A stretch of 63,808 bases of DNA, the filler included, from Octopus bimaculoides (lineage: Eukaryota), in assembly GCF_001194135.2 (NCBI RefSeq). It is 8 parts of 7 records of this genome, joined end to end, with 100 filler letters (N's around TTAATTAATTAA, not from the genome) between each part and the next. Parts side by side here need not be neighbours in the genome. Positions count along the whole stretch, not along the records: positions 48,290 to 57,733 come from NC_068993.1; positions 57,834 to 59,014 come from NW_026295528.1; positions 59,115 to 62,388 come from NC_068998.1; positions 62,489 to 63,808 come from NW_026404600.1; 4 more parts are not named here. The stretch is one strand, 5' to 3'. Below are positions 51,190 through 62,489 of this stretch, one piece after another. A program made the translations under genes and the position numbers. The notes under the pieces were generated by a model, which made no database searches, was not told the DNA's origin, and saw only the letters and a list, made by a program, of their open reading frames with translations. Each line of letters begins with the position of its first letter. Positions within the stretch are counted from its first letter, which is position 1.

Positions 51190-51530
51190 ACTATAGTCTG
51201 TAGCTGGTCAGAACAGCCTGCACGTGAAATTAACGTACAAGTGGCTGAGCACTCCACAGACACGTGTACCCTTAACGTAGTTCTCGGGGATATTCAGCGT
51301 GACACAGTGTGACAAGGCTGGCCCTTTGAAATACAGGTACAAGAGAAACAGGAAGAAAGAGTGAGAGAAAGTTGTGGTGAAAGAGTACAGTAGGGTTCTC
51401 CACCATCCCCCTGCCGTAGAGCTTTAGGCGTTTTCGCTCAATAAACACTAACAATGCCCGGTCTGGGAATCGAAACCGCGATCTTACGACCGCGAGTCCG
51501 CTGCCCTAACCACTGGGCCATTGCGCCTCC
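51190..51530 (-). mobile_element. tRNA-derived SINE (same head as 44231, different 3' half)
   Basis: Reverse complement GGAGGCGCAATGGCCCAGTGGTTAGGGCAGCGGACTCGCG...TTTCTCTCACTCTTTCTTCCTGTTTCT, then GTACCTGTATTTCAAAGGGCCAGCC... Confidence 0.88.
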
Positions 51531-53149
51531 ATGCTTATTAAATATAATTAGAGTGTTAGCTAGGGCGCGAATGAACAACAAAATATACAAATGCAGCCAA
51601 ATAAATATCCCCTGCTTATGACGGTAAAGTATAATTTGAAAGATTTCATTGTTATTTGTATTAGGCTGACCGACCTCGTAGATATTTCCTCAATGGATCA
51701 ATTTGGATAGAATATACAGCGATGGTCACGGCTCTCGTACGTTATGTTTCCTGCCAGAGGAACGACATCGTCAGTCCTCGTATTATTTCCCACTAAGATG
51801 GAGGGAAGTATTTTTAATCTAATTAGATTGCCGAATGGGAGTTAACAATAACGGATTGCAATGCCTGGCTACATTATAGTGTTGGGAAACGTGAAAGATA
51901 AAAATATATTTTTACTTACTCTGATCCTGCTGTCCCTCTCGGAGTCTAAAGCATCTTCCAGCTCCCTGATTCTTAACTGGATAAAAAAAAAATAACAAAT
52001 GAAAGAACATATTAATACATGTGTGATTCAGTACGTATATTATTAAAATGTCTATGCCTGTGTTTGTGTGTGTTTGTGGCGAGTGTGTGCATGTGTGTGG
52101 GCGAAGAGTATTAAATTTGCTTATATATATATGTGTGTGTGTGTGAAATATAGAAAAAAATTAAAAATAAACTAAAAGCAATTGTCAGAGTAATATATGT
52201 ATGTGTGTATATATACANNNNNNNNNNNNNNNNNNNNNNNNNNNNNNNNNNNNNNNNNNNNNNNNNNNNNNNNNNNNNNNNNNNNNNNNNNNNNNNNNNN
52301 NNNNNNNNNNNNNNNNNNNNNNNNNNNNNNNNNNNNNNNNNNNNNNNNNNNNNNNNNNNNNNNNNNNNNNNNNNNNNNNNNNNNNNNNNNNNNNNNNNNN
52401 NNNNNNNNNNNNNNNNNNNNNNNNNNNNNNNNNNNNNNNNNNNNNNNNNNNNNNNNNNNNNNNNNNNNNNNNNNNNNNNNNNNNNNNNNNNNNNNNNNNN
52501 NNNNNNNNNNNNNNNNTATATATAGTTAAATTGCAACGGCTTAGTTAATTTCTTTTTTTTTAACAATGTGAATTTAAACTATAACAATATCAATTTTTAA
52601 TTCGTTTGGGAAAGTATTAATTTTATTTCATTTTATTGGAATATTCATTTTATTTACGTATTTATTCATTTATTTATTTATTTATTAATTTATTTATATA
52701 TTTTGGGAATTGTTGGATGCAATCTAAAAAATTGTAAAAGAACAATTATCAAAATAAAAGCAAAGTAAAAAAAATACACTAAATGAACATAAAAAAAATG
52801 AAAAAAATGTAGCAAATATCATATTACGTTGCATGCAGGTGATATGTTAAAATGGCGTTATTGTATGAGTATCTGATGAATAGATTAAATGTTGAGTGAG
52901 GGTGGAATAAATGGAGTTGAATTTCTCGTGCTAAGTTATCTTTAGTAACTCTAGGCATTTTCCGCTAATAAGTAGTTTCTCAATTAGATTTTTTTAAATA
53001 TCCCGAGAAGAAATTGTTCATGTTTCTAAAATGATCTACACGAAACATATACTGAAAACGAAAAAGAAGTTTAGCATACTTTTTTCACAGAAGTGTTGCA
53101 AGTTAGTGTATTACAAGGATAATTCTAGTAAATTTTATCCTTGTCTTTT

Positions 53150-53390
53150 ATTTTTTTACTTGTTTCAGTCAATAGACTGCGGCCATGCTGTGGCACTACT
53201 TTGAAGGGTTTCAATCGGGAAAATCGCACCCGTGTGAATTTTTTTTTTTTTTTTTGGAAAATGTCTGGTGCTCGTTCTATCGGGACTTGTATCTAAATGC
53301 TATGTTACGGAGACGTAAACAAGCCAACAACGGTTGTCAAGCGGTCGTGATACAAGCACAGATACAAAGACACACAGAGGCACACATGCA
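53150..53390 (-). mobile_element. SINE 3' part (same family as 29800 and 45420)
   Basis: TTTTACTTGTTTCAGTCAATAGACTGCGGCCATGCTG...GACGTAAACAAGCCAACAACGGTTGTCAAGCGG. Confidence 0.75.
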
Positions 53391-55324
53391 CACACATACA
53401 CACACACATTTATATTTGTGTGTATATATATATATATATATATACACGCGAAGAACTTCCACACAGTTTCCGTATACCAAACTCACTCACNNNNNNNNNN
53501 NNNNNNNNNNNNNNNNNNNNNNNNNNNNNNNNNNNNNNNNNNNNNNNNNNNNNNNNNNNNNNNNNNNNNNNNNNNNNNNNNNNNNNNNNNNNNNNNNNNN
53601 NNNNNNNNNNNNNNNNNNNNNNNNNNNNNNNNNNNNNNNNNNNNNNNNNNNNNNNNNNNNNNNNNNNNNNNNNNNNNNNNNNNNNNNNNNNNNNNNNNNN
53701 NNNNNNNNNNNNNNNNNNNNNNNNNNNNNNNNNNNNNNNNNNNNNNNNNNNNNNNNNNNNNNNNNNNNNNNNNNNNNNNNNNNNNNNNNNNNNNNNNNNN
53801 NNNNNNNNNNNNNNNNNNNNNNNNNNNNNNNNNNNNNNNNNNNNNNNNNNNNNNNNNNNNNNNNNNNNNNNNNNNNNNNNNNNNNNNNNNNNNNNNNNNN
53901 NNNNNNNNNNNNNNNNNNNNNNNNNNNNNNNNNNNNNNNNNNNNNNNNNNNNNNNNNNNNNNNNNNNNNNNNNNNNNNNNNNNNNNNNNNNNNNNNNNNN
54001 NNNNNNNNNNNNNNNNNNNNNNNNNNNNNNNNNNNNNNNNNNNNNNNNNNNNNNNNNNNNNNNNNNNNNNNNNNNNNNNNNNNNNNNNNNNNNNNNNNNN
54101 NNNNNNNNNNNNNNNNNNNNNNNNNNNNNNNNNNNNNNNNNNNNNNNNNNNNNNNNNNNNNNNNNNNNNNNNNNNNNNNNNNNNNNNNNNNNNNNNNNNN
54201 NNNNNNNNNNNNNNNNNNNNNNNNNNNNNNNNNNNNNNNNNNNNNNNNNNNNNNNNNNNNNNNNNNNNNNNNNNNNNNNNNNNNNNNNNNNNNNNNNNNN
54301 NNNNNNNNNNNNNNNNNNNNNNNNNNNNNNNNNNNNNNNNNNNNNNNNNNNNNNNNNNNNNNNNNNNTATATAATCTTTCTTCCACCATATTTGCTAATT
54401 CTTGCTTTCTAAACCATTTTTGTGGGTAGATATGATGGAATGATGATGAGTGTTCATTTGAATTACTCCATTATGATACTTATGTTTTTGTTTGTTTTGT
54501 TTTTTTAACTCGGAATGACATCCAACACACAGGTATGCTATATGAAATAGCCAAATAAATTAAAAAGCAATAAAAAAAAAGTCCTTAAAAAAAAAAACTT
54601 AGTTCTATAACTTTAGTGGTTATTTTTATTTTTGATTTTATTTATCTATTTATTTATTGATACATGAAAAATTCCAATATTCGTTTAAAGTCGAGAAATA
54701 CTTCTTTGAGTTTCTGACTCTTATAGTAAAAGCGCACGGCCTAAACGAGTTCCGGCAAGAGCTGGGAACTTAATCTTGTGAAAGACTGGTGTCCCGTTTC
54801 GAGTGGAGTGTGGTGTAATCTTAGTTACTTTATGGTATGAAAACCAGGTTAATTTCTGGCCTGGTGAGCTCTCGGTCTGCTGACAGACGTATGTACAAAT
54901 GTTTCATACACCATACCATATATTGACCATTCCTGTTAATCCCTATTGTTTAAAAAATACTTTTTCTGTCGTTTCTAAAAACATGTACCTGTAGGTTAAA
55001 GTTTGTATGTTATATTTATTTGTAGCATTTACGCTGTAAAATGCTGACAATTTTCTTATAAAAGTCTAGGAACTATAAGAGGACACTTGGGAAACCATAT
55101 GCCTTCGTTACAAGAATCTAGCTTATCATTTGACAGAATTGACACCGAGATCTTATATTGGATCAATTTATATCGAATCTATTTAGTGACTAGGACGGGT
55201 GTAGCTTAGATTTCTGCTGTTGGTGATAATGAAATAATCGAAGACCACAGTGTATTTGTATTAACTCAGAGATGGACGATATATATTGATTGTGGACTTC
55301 TCCAGTTAATAGAACTTCGCAATG

Positions 55325-55325
<1 letters not shown>

Positions 55326-55411
<86 letters not shown>
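55326..55411. repeat. (ATT)n microsatellite
   Basis: Direct reading. Confidence 0.95.
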
Positions 55412-55413
<2 letters not shown>

Positions 55414-56114
55414 CAATCCACGTCACCAAGGAATACTTAGTGCAATCCGTTTTCTTACTAGAAACAGCAGCCAAATCTTTCTCAAATTATGTTGGAGAGT
55501 GTTGTCCACTGTTTGAAAATAAAGGATAAAATGACTCACAGTCAAAATACTCTTGTTCAAGATTCTGCCCGGTCGAAGTTGACCTTCGGCGCCTTTGCAA
55601 TGTTAAATGGAAAGGAACCAAACTGTGATTACTGTAGACAAAATATTAATGTTCTATTTCTTTTAATGTAGCCTTTTCTTAACTATTTCAACTGCAAGAT
55701 TAGGTAATCAACTTGTGACCTTCATCGAACCATGTAATCTCCAGCATTGGCTTCTAAAGCGTTAGGAAGATGAGAGGTCAATTTGAACACTCCACTGATC
55801 CTTCTACAGAGACAAGAAGCTAGTCTATCGTAAGTAACTTTCCTTGATCTCCTTCCCATACAACTAGCCAATTATCCCGGTATATCGAGTTAAATGTTTT
55901 GCAAACAAAATTCATTAAAAAAAAAAGAAAAAGAAAAAAAAACAATAAATAAACTTAAAAACTTAAAACTTAAAAAAGAGGGGGTAAAACACCACAGCAA
56001 TTACACAATTGTTTTTAGGAAATCAGAAAATAAATATAATAATTAAGTTTTTGCTCATTGCTAAAATTACTCTTCTATTTGCCAACATTTTAACTGAATT
56101 AAATNNNNNNNNNN

Positions 56115-56151
<37 letters not shown>

Positions 56152-56671
56152 TTCCTGAATAGAACAACAGTTTATTGTTGGTTTTCTCTTTAGCAATGTT
56201 TTGTAGCTCAGTGTGGCCAGTTATTTGTCATTTATACACTGTCTTAACCAAAGCCACGTCATGTTACTAGTAGTTTCAAATCACTTAATGGCACACAATG
56301 TGGTTTGAGTTCGTTTTCATTAAACATGGCTAAATTGCACATCTGGATTGGTCAGCTTGAAAACTGCTTTTGGCATAGATTATGTTGTCGCGAATTCCGT
56401 GTCTTATATATATATATACATATTTCCTATTTGAGGTATTAGGTTGCATTCCAAATAAAAATATAAATCAATCAATAACTAAAAAAAAAATAAATAATAA
56501 ATAATCTTGTCGAGGGTAAACCACAACAGCACAGCAGAAGGATTGAGGGACAAAAGGGGTTAAGGATCACAGTAGACTGTATTCAGAGAGGGAAGAAGAT
56601 AATCCAGGAATAACTATGATTTGGTTATTTCAGAGATAGAGTTTGAACCTAGCACACCACTTACAACATAC

Positions 56672-56737
56672 CCGAAACCGTGCTTCTGCTCTGTCTATTT
56701 CACTCTGATCGAATCCAATATGTCGAGTCTTTACAAT
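56672..56737 (-). CDS. Prm: Paramyosin-like gene, exon B (66 nt, phase 0 to 0): IVKTRHIGFDQSEIDRAEARFR
   Basis: Strong acceptor TCTCTTTTCTTATAG and donor CGG|GTATGT; the only open frame. Joins exon C to give DRAEARFR|FEK, equivalent to the paramyosin E.E.R.R|.EK at the rod start. Confidence 0.65.
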
Positions 56738-57484
56738 CTATAAGAAAAGAGATAGGTTTTCTTTTTTGGGGGATGGTTTTATTTTAATTTAGATTTTAAT
56801 CTCACAACAAACCTTAATTATTCCATTCGTGAAGTTGGCTTTTCCGCGGAATTCCGCCAGAAAACAAGCGCTTCCGTTTGCATTTTGGATTTCAATATAA
56901 TAAAAATTCGATTTTTTTAGTGTGCATTTTTTATTTTTATTCTTAATTTTTAATTTTTGTGTCTGTTAATTTGATTTGGGACGATCTTATAACGTATCTT
57001 TGTTTTATTTTTGTGTTGTTTATGTTTTAATATTTTTGATTTGGTTGTTGGTGAGGGTCGTTAAGGATTTTTTGTTTTGTTTTTAGTTGGGTTCCATTTC
57101 GCGATTTTTTTATTTGTTTGATGATATTTATATTTTGTACTATTTTGTTTAAATTAGTACTTGATTTCACCTTATGCTTTCATTTGAAACAAAGCGATAT
57201 GTACAGATTTAAGAGTACATACATCTTATAATCTTAGGCTGACCAACAATAAAGGGTCATTTTATGAATAATATATATTGGTTTATAGAATGGATGAAAG
57301 AACAATGAAAGAATGAAAAATGGATGAATGAGAAGCGGAAAGCAGCGTTCGTTAAGACCCATAACTATAATATGAAATTTTCCCCAAAATTTCTGTCACA
57401 TGCAAAAACGGCAGCCGGTTTTGTCTCTGAGTTAGATTATTACTAACAGCAGCACCAATAGCCCTACCAGCACACACAATAATA

Positions 57485-57546
<62 letters not shown>

Positions 57547-57555
57547 CCTGTCTAT

Positions 57556-57715
57556 TATAGAGCACAAAGTTCGAAATTTTGCAGGCGGGGATTAGACGAT
57601 TATCTCAACCACAGTGCTAAGCTGGTACTTATTTCACCGACCCCAATAGGGATGAAGGTCAAAGTTGACCTCAACGAAATTTGAACTCAGAACGTAAAGA
57701 CGGATAAAATGTTGA
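57556..57715 (-). mobile_element. Degenerate AAGGCGG-family SINE, tail type 2
   Basis: CTGGTACTTATTTCACCGACCCC...GATGAAGGTCAAAGTTGACCTCAACGAAATTTGAACTCAGAACGTAAAGACG is the reverse complement of the SINE body. Confidence 0.7.
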
Positions 57716-58476
57716 TTTAAGTGCAGTGTTCACNNNNNNNNNNNNNNNNNNNNNNNNNNNNNNNNNNNNNNNNNNNNTTAATTAATTAANNNNNNNNNNN
57801 NNNNNNNNNNNNNNNNNNNNNNNNNNNNNNNNNCCTTTCTTTTGCTGTATTTTGGTTAAGGAATCATTTAAAGCTGTACAACTGTTTATAATTGAGGTGC
57901 ATTACAGAGGAATTAAGAAGTTAGCTTCGGAACCGGACGGCCCGTAGAATTAAGATTCCATGTGCTTAAATCCTACTCTGCCTTGCTAAACACACCCGTT
58001 GTACCAATGAATACACAAGCAATCAGTAGACTGTCTAATATCTTATACTCTCAGCCATAACTCAACGAAGGAGGAAATAATTGCTGTGTCAATTTGCTAG
58101 AAAATAAACAGCCAAATTCCCTCAAATTACATTCTACTGTCTTAGAAAGAGGAAGGTCACTTTGTATAATGTAACCCAGGATACACTATGTTCAGAAAAA
58201 AAGAAACAACATAAAACAAGACGGGGTGGTCACAACTGGAATTTCATTGATAACAGGTCATCCTCAGTCGTCTTAGGGGATAAATAGCAGCAACAACAAC
58301 AACAACATCAACAACACAATAACTAGATTTTGTAGATTACTTTGTCATAATGGTTACATTCATACTCATTTTAAGCCTTTCAAAATGAGTTTAAAACAAA
58401 CCCATATCAGCAATGGAAGCGACAAAAAGTATTCGTTCTATCACAGGGAAATGAAGCTTTATATGTCCGGACATAC

Positions 58477-58567
58477 CAACGATGATTTGGTCAATTTCGT
58501 TCGGTAAATTTTTGTCTCGCAAGTCACCTCTCGACCTGGGCGGCCAAGTTCTGTCAATATTGAGATT
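58477..58567 (-). CDS. Prm: Paramyosin-like gene, exon A (91 nt, phase 2 to 0): ISILTELGRPGREVTCETKIYRTKLTKSSL
   Basis: Acceptor GGTTTTCAG, donor TTG|GTATGT; in phase with exon B. The R.V.....IYR spacing recalls the non-helical N-terminal head of mollusc paramyosins (from memory). A second frame is also open, so frame assignment is inferred. Confidence 0.5.
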
Positions 58568-59646
58568 CTGAAAACCGTAGTCCAGTTAAGTTTAAAGCAA
58601 ACTGCACGGAAATAAGCAAAACAGTTCAATTAAAGTCACACTTCAATCATAAAGCACCTTCAGGAACTAGGAAACATGTCTAAACTGACTGCTTCTCAGC
58701 TCAATCAAAGAGTTGTTCTCTGCTTGTCATTGAAGGGTAGACTTGTTAGGAAATCTTTCCTGGGGTAGAATCATCACAAGTGGGTCCTCTGTAGTCATAT
58801 CCAACGAAGAAGAGAAAGGCCAGTACCCAATGAATCCGTCCAAAAACCAAGAATTTTACGCCCGAAGAATCAAGAATTTGCCAAATAGATGGTACTAAGT
58901 TATGAATAAGAAGGGGAAATATTATCCTGATTAAACTCCGTGTGTGTGTATGTGTGTGTGTGTGAGTATATATAGGCATGTATGTACGTATATATATATA
59001 TATATATATATATANNNNNNNNNNNNNNNNNNNNNNNNNNNNNNNNNNNNNNNNNNNNTTAATTAATTAANNNNNNNNNNNNNNNNNNNNNNNNNNNNNN
59101 NNNNNNNNNNNNNNATGGTCGCAGTCTAATCACTGAAACAAGTAAAAGGTAAAAAAAAATAATAATAAAAGATAAAAGACGTATATCCTTAATTATATGT
59201 GTTTAAAATCAATACTTATTCAGTCTGACATTTTAAGGCCTCCAAACGATTTTGTCTGCCTTCCATGGACGTTTATGTTGTTTAGAGCCTACGAATATCA
59301 TCTTTCCATACTATTTTTTTTTTCCATAATCCTCAACATCTTTCCCGACAGTTACCTTTACCCTCATCTCCACACTTTGTTTCTCAATATCTTCTACACT
59401 CTCGCTATCTACTGTTCACTCCCTCCTCGAATTCTACCTTATTTGTGCGCGCATCTATTCATCCAACTGTCTTTCCGTAGATTTCAGCATTCTGACACCA
59501 AGTTTTATTCGCTTGATTCATACGGTACTTCCTCTCACATCGTACAGTTCACATCTTTTAATATTACTCATTTACTCCTTTGATTTTTTTAAATTTTCAT
59601 TCTTCTTCCTAATTTTGCCAGTACGTGACAACACTATTTTCCTGGA

Positions 59647-59825
59647 GGGTTACGGTTAAGTTCACCGCCATCAATTTACGGTGAAGAAAGTTTACCAAGA
59701 AAATATACCCATAGTATCTCACCGTTAATACTTAAAACCTATTTTATTGAAGAAAAACAAAAAGAGAATTGATGACGGTAAACTTTTCCTGCGGTGAACT
59801 GATGACGGTGAACTTACTGGACATG
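59647..59825. mobile_element. MITE-like fold-back element
   Basis: AAGTTCACCGCCATCAATT...AAAGTTTACC (59658-59696) is inverted as GGTAAACTTTT...GATGACGGTGAACTT (59778-59815), built from repeated TTCACCG subunits. Ends and TSD not resolved. Confidence 0.55.
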
Positions 59826-60589
59826 TTCCTAGGGTCGTACAGTTTTTCTATTCGATATGGTTTTCCTGTATATCTTCGATACGGGTGGATTGCTTGTTTT
59901 TCTCCATTAATAATTAATTTGGCAACAAACTTGTACATTATTGTTCATTACTCTTGAGGAGATTGGAATTATAAATTAAAGGAGTAATGCCAAAAGCAGG
60001 ATTACGTTTGACGTTAAACTTGATGACTTTTATAAAGGTTTCACGCAGAAGAAAATTGAGCTATATTAATGCCATTTTTTGCATAGCATTAAAATTACTG
60101 AAGCTATCACTCTTGATAGAGAAGCTATTACAAATTAACCCGAGGAAATGAGGAAGCAAATTTTTGCTAAAGACGTTACACACGAGAACAAGTATGCAAT
60201 GATACTGAAACTGAGTTTTTCATAAAGCGGATGCCCACAAGTAGTTATATCTCTAATAATTTGCACAAGACTTTAAAGCTTGCATCAATCATTAGACACT
60301 TCTTTCTGAAGGAAATGCTATACGTATTAAAGTTTGGATAAACAGAGCCCATTTTCAAAACCTTTTGAGAGTTACAATGCGAGGCATAACATTTCCAAAG
60401 AAAAATGCATAGCACTTTTAGACAATGCACCAAACAGTAAATGTAAACGTAAATGTACTTTCTGATATGAGAGTGGAATGTCTCCCCATAATTTGTTTAT
60501 TCCAGCCAAGGGGTGAAGATGTAATAACTAACTTCAAGATGTTTTCTCTCAGAAAAACTAATGATCAACTAACTTGTGTAGTACCCATT

Positions 60590-60980
60590 TAGTCCATTTG
60601 AAATTATCAAACGGGCTATATGGATGCTACACAAGGATGCTACGAATGACCATAAATGTGAAACGGCAGCAGTATATGACAAACGAATGCCTTTATGGAG
60701 ACTTGCCGCAAGTTAGCCAGAGGATCAGGCAAAGACGGCTGCGAATCTCTGCTCATTTCGTACGCGATCCTGAACTGGGAGCATCCAAATTAGTCTTGTG
60801 GAACCCATTTCACGGTGATATAAGAAGAGGAAAACATTTTCACACATACACCGACAACTTGATTGCTGACACTGGCCTGGAAAGAATCCAAAACCTTGAT
60901 GCAGTAATGATGGACTGAGAAATGTGGCGAGTAGTCTTTGTTACTGCGGCCCGGGCTGGAACCCGGCCATAATAATAATC
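60590..60980 (+). mobile_element. RTE-clade LINE 3' fragment
   Basis: YGCYTRMLRM..NV.....TNE.LYGDLPQVSQRIRQRRLR.SAH.VR.PE..ASKLVLW.P.HG..RRG...TY.D.L..DTGL; ends in an (ATA)n tail at about 60970. Confidence 0.8.
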
Positions 60981-61765
60981 ATGACTAACAAAAGGTCTTC
61001 AGAGGAGAAGCTTCCCCAATTCTTATGATTGTGTTTCAGACCTTAACTCTTCAAAATCTAAGGAACCAGGTCACTATTTCTAGACACCACTCTGCTGTCA
61101 CATTTCGTGTTAGTGTTGCGTTCTAGCATGCGCAGTCGTAGATGATCAGGTGACCCCGACCGAAAAGGTTTGGGTTTTGTAATCATTTCGGTATGAGACA
61201 CCAGATGTATGTAGGGTAAGTTATGCCTTCTGGAATTCACTCCACGTCTGGCCAGATCCAATTAGAATACCTTTTGGTTGCTTTTGCCGTTGAAGAGTTC
61301 ATTCCAAATCCATACTACAAACGCCTCCGGTAGCACTTCCAAACCATAGATATATGGAAGTTGTCCAGAGTCTCAGAGCTATTCAGCTTGATCTTGGTCG
61401 ACATGTAGATTCTCACGAAGTACATCGTTGGTCTTGCCAACCTCTAAACTTTTATGGAATTTAAAAAATAGAACTAATAATAGTTTATGAAGTATCAACA
61501 CAACACAGGTAAGCACATACAGATTCTTTGCTAAATATATGTTTGTTTATTGTTGGGTAAGTATATACTAGTGTTGTTCCGTAAAAACCAGAATAAATTG
61601 CTTATCTCTTATGTTTGGCACGTTGAGTATGGAGCAGGCACTCTCCAGATTATTGGCCGGACAAGCTTGTTGAAGTTAGGTCAAATCATAGTCTTTAAAA
61701 TCATGTGCACACCGGCGTGTATTTTCACTTGTAAATGAAAACGAATGTGAACCTACATAATTTAC

Positions 61766-61926
61766 TGAATAGATTTGCATAGTTTTTCAAACAGAAGACA
61801 GCGAAGCATTGTTATCTTCAATTGTACGTGCTTTTAATGTGTTCTTAACATTGGACGAGAAATCGTCCAAACCAGTGAAACGGCAACAATTCCACCTTTA
61901 CTAACACTGCCTTATATACCTTTATA
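61766..61926 (-). promoter_or_regulatory. Candidate promoter and first exon of the paramyosin-like gene
   Basis: Minus-strand TATAAA (61926-61921) and TATATAAG (61918-61911), then ATG (61809) MLRCLLFEKLCKSI + CA|GTAAAT, a phase-2 donor compatible with exon A. TATA-like motifs are common in such AT-rich DNA. Confidence 0.2.
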
Positions 61927-62174
61927 AAAGGACTATCTATATAATTACATGCATACGATTATATGTATATAGTACAAATATATTTACATAACTAGCTTTG
62001 CATTAATTACTTTCATACATTCCTGCCCTCTATTTAAATTTTAGCAAATCATTAGGTTTATCTACCACTTTGTCTATGTACTTTAAAATATGTGCGCGCG
62101 CGTGTGTGTTGATATATATATATATATATATATATGGATATTTACATATATATATCTCAGGCAATAAAGAATCC

Positions 62175-62388
62175 TGATGATATCATAAGCCTGCAGAATG
62201 ACCTAAATGCAATATACAAATGCAATATACAACTGGGCAGAGCAAAATAATATGCAGTTCAATGCAAAAAAAAAAATTCAAGTACTGCGATAAAGGCCAC
62301 AAGTGCCTCCCAACTGGCATACACAGGACCTGGAGGTACTGCAATCCCAGAACCACAAACAGTAAGAGACCTGGGCATCAACATGTGT
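62175..62388 (+). mobile_element. CR1/L2-like LINE reverse-transcriptase fragment
   Basis: DDIISLQNDLNAIY(dup)NWAEQNNMQFNAKK, then YTGPGGTAIPEPQTVRDLGINM; contains a 13-bp tandem duplication; runs into a gap. Confidence 0.75.
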
Positions 62389-62489
62389 NNNNNNNNNNNN
62401 NNNNNNNNNNNNNNNNNNNNNNNNNNNNNNNNTTAATTAATTAANNNNNNNNNNNNNNNNNNNNNNNNNNNNNNNNNNNNNNNNNNNNA

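Noticed and set aside
868-54429. Long ORFs of 200-414 aa in the track (e.g. 2117-3346, 15561-16613, 53185-54429)
   Set aside because: They consist of X residues from N gaps plus dinucleotide repeats; no coding evidence.
59250-59600. Purine-rich minus-strand stretch as a paramyosin exon
   Set aside because: Stops in all frames; faint RTE-like words (RMLK, WKDDIR) suggest a decayed LINE instead, too weak to call.
61040-61460. GC-richer minus-strand ORFs (e.g. 61058-61261)
   Set aside because: Interrupted frames with only vague LINE-3'-like words (IWNEL); no supportable assignment.
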